Assembly: GCA_002269645.1 (NCBI GenBank)
Contig: NIVC01004152.1
Coordinates: 1-57,664, forward strand
Origin: Macrostomum lignano
Taxonomy: Eukaryota
Reading direction: 5' to 3'
DNA: 57,664 bases
Under the pieces are notes generated by a model that was not told the origin of the DNA, did no database searches, and was given only the letters and a program-made list of their open reading frames with translations. Made by a program: the position numbers and the translations under genes. This document shows positions 52,301 through 57,664 of this stretch, one piece after another. Numbering within the stretch: the first letter of the stretch is position 1; each line of letters starts with the position of its first letter.

Positions 52301-55300
52301 CTAGTGTCCATTGCCTGTCACCAACCACCCCTAGTGTCCATTGCCTGTCACCAGCCACCCCTAGTGTCCATTGCCTGTCACCAACCACCCCTAGTGTCCA
52401 TTGCCTGTCGCACAACAGTCTATGGCCTGTCCCCATCCCATTGTCTATGGCCTGTCACCACCACATTGTCTATAGCCTGTCCCCACCCGATTGTCTATGG
52501 CCTGTCACCACCCGATTGTCTATGGCCTGTCACCACCCGATTGTCTATGGCCTGTCCCCACCACATTTTCTATGCCCTGCCACTCCATTGTCTATGGCCT
52601 GTCACCACCACATTACCTATTGTCTGTCACCAACCCATTGTCTATAGCCTATCACTTCATTGTCTCTTACCCTATACTCATAAAACGGATTCTCGAACAC
52701 TCACTGGGTCATCTCCATCGGAATCGGAACCCTCGTTTCCCGGCCGGAAATCAGACTGTTTTTTTATGGGAAGCGGCGACTTGCGTATCGGTGAATCGGC
52801 AGCGGCCATCTGAGGCGAGCCCTCGCGTAGCAGGACGTTCTCGCCTTTGGTCTCGTCGAATACTAGGGACATGACTCGATTGCGAGACTGTGGGATTTCA
52901 GTTGGATCCTTGGTTTACTTTTTGTTGTTGCGAGAGGCAAAAAATTAGATGTGCTCAAATGTATGCAGGTATGATGTGGTTTAGGCATGCCGTACATATG
53001 AGCGACTTCATTCCGAGCTCTATTAGCCAGTAAACGGTTGTTCGGTAGGCGCTTAATTAGCGCGGCCTATTCAGTAAGCGCACGATTATTTATCTCCGCG
53101 CCTTTGAAATGCCAACCCGTATACAGTAAAAGTACATCAGACTAATCCCAACCAAGTGACCTCACTCGAATGTTTCTCTCAGCGTCCTCCGTGTCGCCGG
53201 AAACTAATTCTGGCGCCGACTCGGCCGATGCCGATTTTGCACAGGAATTCTCGGCCGCCGTTCTGTCCGGGACGGGTACGGAGGCTGCGGAGGCGGCCGA
53301 GGTCCTAGCAGGCGCAGCCTGTTTCCGATTGGCCCGATGGTGATAAACCAGCACGCTCTTGACAGCGTAGATTGTGGGGTAGAGCTGCGGGTCGGGGTCC
53401 AGGTAGAATCTGTTCAGATTGACACCACGGCTGTCGGTGCGATAGTGACCCCGGGTGACCCCGTCCGGGTTGAGCATGGGGATGAGCTTGAACACGAACA
53501 GGCGGCGCAGCTGGCGGGCTCGGGCGTCGGCTTCGCGAAGGATGAATTCTAGGAAACCGTTGAACACGAAGCTGGCCGGAGTCTCGCCGGGGTGCACCCG
53601 GCTGCTGACTAGGAAGACTCGCTTGCCGGGGAAGGCGCGCGGCCGCGGGTTGCTGCGCTCCAGAAAGAGGCGTTCGTCGAAGCGGTCCTCCTCCTGCGGC
53701 GAAGGCGGTAACGGAGTGGATTGCGAACGGTCAGAGGCGGCGTTGGGATCAGAAAAGAATCGGGACTGCAGGATCGGGACTGCAGAATCGGGACTGAAGG
53801 ATCGGGACTGAAGGATTGGGACTGAAGGATCGGGACTGCAGGATCGGGACTGCAGAATCGGGACGTCAGAATCGGGACTGAAGAATCGGGACTGAAGGAT
53901 CGGGACTGAAGGATTGGGACTGAAGGATCGGGACTGCAGGATCGGGACTGCAGAATCGGGACGTCAGAATCGGGACTGAAGAATCGGGACTGAAGGATCG
54001 GGACTGAAGGATTGGGACTGAAGGATCGGGACTGAAGGATCGGGACTGAAGGATTGGGACTGAAGGATCGGGACTGCAGGATCGGGACTGCAGGATCGGG
54101 ACTGAAGGATCGGGACTGAAGGATCCGGACTGAATGATCGGGACTGCAGGATCGGGACTGAAGGATCGGGACTGAAGGATCGGGACTGCAGGATCGGGAC
54201 TGCAGGATCGGGACTGAAGGATCGGGACTGAAGGATCCGGACTGAATGATCGGGACTGCAGGATCGGGACTGAAGGATCGGGACTGAAGGATCGGGACTG
54301 CAGGATCGGGACTGCAGGATCGGGACTGCAGGATCGGGACTGCAGGATCGGGACTGCAGGATCGGGACTGAAGGATCGGGACTGAAGGATCCGGACTGAA
54401 TGATCGGGACTGCAGGATCGGGACTGAAGGATCGGACTGAAGGATCCGGACTGAATGATCGGGACTGCAGGATCGGGACTGCAGGATCGGGACTGCAGGA
54501 TCGGGACTGCAGGATCGGGACTGAAGGATCGGGACTGAAGGATCCGGACTGAATGATCGGGACTGCAGGATCGGGACTGAAGGATCGGGACTGAAGGATC
54601 GGGACTGAAGGATCGGGACTGCAGGATCGGGACTGCAGGATCGGGACTGCAGGATCGGGACTGCAGGATCGGGACTGAAGGATCGGGACTGAAGGATTGG
54701 GACTGAAGGATCGGGACTGAAGGATCGGGACTGAAGGATTGGGACTGCAGGATCGGGACTGAAGGATCGGGACTGAAGGATCGGGACTGAAGGATCCGGA
54801 CTGAATGATCGGGACTGCAGGATCGGGACTGAAGGATCGGGACTGAAGAATCGGGACTGAAGGATCGGGACTGAATGATCGGGACTGCAGGATCGGGACC
54901 GCAGGATCGGGACTGAAGGATCGGGACTGAAGGATCGGGACTGCAGGATCGGGACTGCAGGATCGGGACTGAATGATCGGACTGCAGGATCGGGACTGAA
55001 GGATCGGGACTGAAGGATCGGACTGCAGGATCGGGACTGAATGATCGGGACTGCAGGATCGGGACTGCAGGATCGGGACTGCAGGATCGGGACTGCAGGA
55101 TCGGGACTGCAGGATCGGGACTGCAGGATCGGGACTGCAGGATCGGGACTGCAGGATCGGGACCGCAGGATCGGGACTGAAGGATCGGGACTGAAGGATC
55201 GGGACTGAAGGATCGGGACTAAAGGATCGGGACTGCAGGCAGAGATGGTTAGTGGATGCAGAGATCAAAAAGCAGTTGCCAGACAGGCAAGCCAGACCTG

Positions 55301-56729
55301 GTCAGTCATGCCGTGGCAGTCGGTGATGGTGAGCAGGTCCACCCTCTGCCTGTCCAGACTGTGGCACAGCAGCTCCCTATGGTAATAGATCTCGTCTGGT
55401 CCAGCCTTGCCCGGCCTCATCGCGGCGCAGTGGCGGAAGCTGAGAACGAGATAAGTTAGCGGGAGCAAGATATGTGCGATGTATTCGATGCACTTTTGTA
55501 AGATTGAACGTTTTCAAGCGTGAACTTATTAAGGCTAAAAAAATTAATTCGGAAATAGTCAACATGACGACATTCTTATTTAAAGGCGCCAATACTAATC
55601 GTCAGGCATGTACACTCTCTGTGCCTTTGGGGTTGGCCCTCGTGGCTGCTTTTTATGGTGTTAAGTTTTCGTACACCATCCCCAAATTAATACGGCCGCA
55701 CTCACGGAATCGAACCCAGGGGTCTTCGAAATTGGGCCATCGGCTAAAAATTCAATAATTTTGCTACTAGAGTAGCTCATTCTTTTATTAGAGGTACCCT
55801 GGCGCACTTTAAGCGACATTGTCGCACAACCGGTGAGAGGCATTGCTGCCCCATTCCGCCGACTCCCCTGAGCAGGCACACAAGCGCGCGGATACGTACG
55901 CAGTCATACGCGCAGGCACACACTCACACAGGAGTGTACAGTGGCCCTAACTTTATTTATCATTAGGCATGTACACTTCACTGTGCCTTGGGGGTTGGCC
56001 CTCAATGGCGTTAATTGCACGAGCAGAGCCAAGCCGAGATTCCAATTTAGCCTCAAATTACTGTGACTGCACTCGGAATTGAGCTGCGCTAGACCACTGG
56101 ACTACGGCCCCCCCCCTCAGGGTAGCCCAAGGAAAGCCCACTTTGGAAGGCGGCAATCATTGCTAAACCAACCGATAGTCCAGTGCGGACAGCTGCTCCT
56201 GCGACTCTGTGTAGGACCAGGGATAGCAGAACGCGAAGTAAGTTGTGCAGCCCTTGGCGTTGGCGCCGAACCGGTGCGTGAAGGTCAGGTAGAACTGGCC
56301 GTCGACTGTCTCGCAGGAGCAGCGGTCGCGGACACGCTGCCACTTGGCGAAGCTGCCGTCAGGAAGCCGACACGAAACACCGGCTGGTGGCCCTGCTGGA
56401 AGAGGCGCTGCTGCCGTTAAGGTTCATCACGGTGAGCTTGATGAGCTTGTTTGGCTGGTAGCCGCGCACGCCGAAGTGAAACCAGGTGCGATTCTCGTTC
56501 TCAACTGGGAGCCCTCGGCGTCTTTGCGAGTCCACATCCTGGTACTCGTAGTCAGGCCGGTTGGCCTCGGCTTGGGAGGTTGGCGCCGGCGGCGGGGGCG
56601 GCGCAGCTGCAGATGAGGCCGAACTGCCCTGCTGCTCATCTGAGTCGTCTCTGGAGGAGAGCTTGGCCACCCGGGCGAGATTGCCAGAGTCGAAGTTGGA
56701 CAGAAATGTGAGGCTGCGCCAGCCTTCAT
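49331..56729 (-). CDS. AGBL5: Cytosolic carboxypeptidase 5 (tubulin deglutamylase, M14 Zn-carboxypeptidase); first coding exon carries about five 1-nt indels in this sequence
   Basis: Exons about 56729-56173, 55298-55439, 53166-53693, 52705-52887, 51267-51680, 49331-50293. Motifs [118 protein letters not shown], and the CCP5-type [12 protein letters not shown]. Zn ligands and catalytic Glu are present. Confidence 0.92.
50455..51058. repeat. GA-rich low-complexity tract (CT-rich on the CCP5 sense strand)
   Basis: Seen directly. Confidence 0.95.
51775..52650. repeat. 30-bp core array (CCAACCACCCCTAGTGTCCATTGCCTGTCA) flanked by degenerate 25-26 bp relatives
   Basis: Seen directly; fills a CCP5 intron. 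Confidence 0.9.
53745..55237. repeat. 14-bp satellite (GATCGGGACTG[AA/CA]G), more than 100 copies, filling a CCP5 intron
   Basis: Seen directly; explains ORF 53964-55268. Confidence 0.97.
55790..56112 (-). mobile_element. SINE family B copy in CCP5 intron 1 (head internally deleted), with an older degenerate copy at about 55605-55740
   Basis: Body near-identical to 14360-14650; the sequence between the A and B boxes is shortened. Confidence 0.8.
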
Positions 56730-57664
56730 CTCAGAGCCAGTGATAACATGGCTGCTGCTGCTGCTGATTTGACTCAGGGAGTCCGCTTCCTTACTGTGGG
56801 GAAACATTACAGAGAAATCTGCTTTTATGGCTCCATGGCAAAACAAAAAGTGCTTTAAAATAATTATTTACAATAGCTTAAGAATTTAGATTTTACCTAC
56901 AATAAGTTATTCAAAATGCTTGAATGAACTCTGAAACTTGCCTCAAAATTGTTAATTCTTAGAATGGCCATGAGGGAGTTCTGACCTACATTTTGGATGT
57001 TAAATGCTCAAAATTGTATTACTCATTGATAATCATTACTAGTAGAAAAGTTAAGAAAAAATAATATATATATTTTATTAATTGGCCTTCACTTTATCTT
57101 AGACATTAGGCTCCCAGATAAAGCAGATGACTAGGTAGACAATAACTGGATGTTTTATCAACAACTATTTTACCACTAGAGGTCTGCTGACTTTTTCTAG
57201 ATGTCTGTCTAAAAAATCTCTGAAATATTCTATTAAGGACAATTTGTGCTTTTATATAAAATAATATGTTTTTGACTTTATAATATAATATTATTAAGCT
57301 AAAAGTCTGTTTATAAACAGTATTTAGAAAAGTATATAAGCAATTTTGAAATTTAAACTTTAAATAAAACCAATAAATAACACCATAATGAAATATATAA
57401 TAAAATATATTTGTATAAAACTTTGGACCACTTTAATATTAGCTTGTTAAAATTATGCTTAATAATTGTATAATTTTCAATAAATCTTAAAATTTTTATA
57501 GACTCTACACAATATAATACACTACAGTAATAGTAGAAAAGTGACTAAGTAAATTTATATTATTTTTGACTTAGTATAATGCTGCTAGCTCATACAAATT
57601 ACCATAAAATATAAACCTAGATATGCATATGGATACAATGGTTTGATCTTTGATGCTTTGTATC

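Overview
Eukaryotic (metazoan) genomic DNA with spliceosomal GT-AG introns. There is no prokaryotic content, CRISPR array or rRNA. GC-rich exons, minisatellite-filled introns and tRNA-SINEs suggest a free-living flatworm such as Macrostomum (inference only). Five multi-exon genes were reconstructed by hand from splice sites and phase continuity: (1) the 5' part of a large DN-cadherin-like (type III) cadherin, minus strand, running off the left end; (2) a protostome-type cytoplasmic intermediate filament protein with a lamin-tail domain and no CaaX, minus; (3) RhoA/Rho1, 193 aa, minus; (4) a TRPgamma/TRPC-type channel, about 1073 aa, plus; (5) cytosolic carboxypeptidase CCP5/AGBL5, minus. The rest is two tRNA-derived SINE families, a hAT-type MITE (2 copies with 8-bp TSDs), a fold-back element, a LINE fragment and about 20 distinct tandem arrays. 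Most unusual signals: tandem arrays seeded from functional sequence (a TRPC exon end plus 5' donor repeated 9 times, giving a row of in-phase 36-nt candidate micro-exons; a TRPC 3' acceptor repeated about 28 times; a SINE A-box repeated about 29 times), two CpG-free AT-rich domains directly upstream of the first coding exons of RhoA and CCP5, and a 12-nt micro-exon in the IF gene. Single-base indels cluster in the coding sequence at both window ends, most likely long-read consensus errors.
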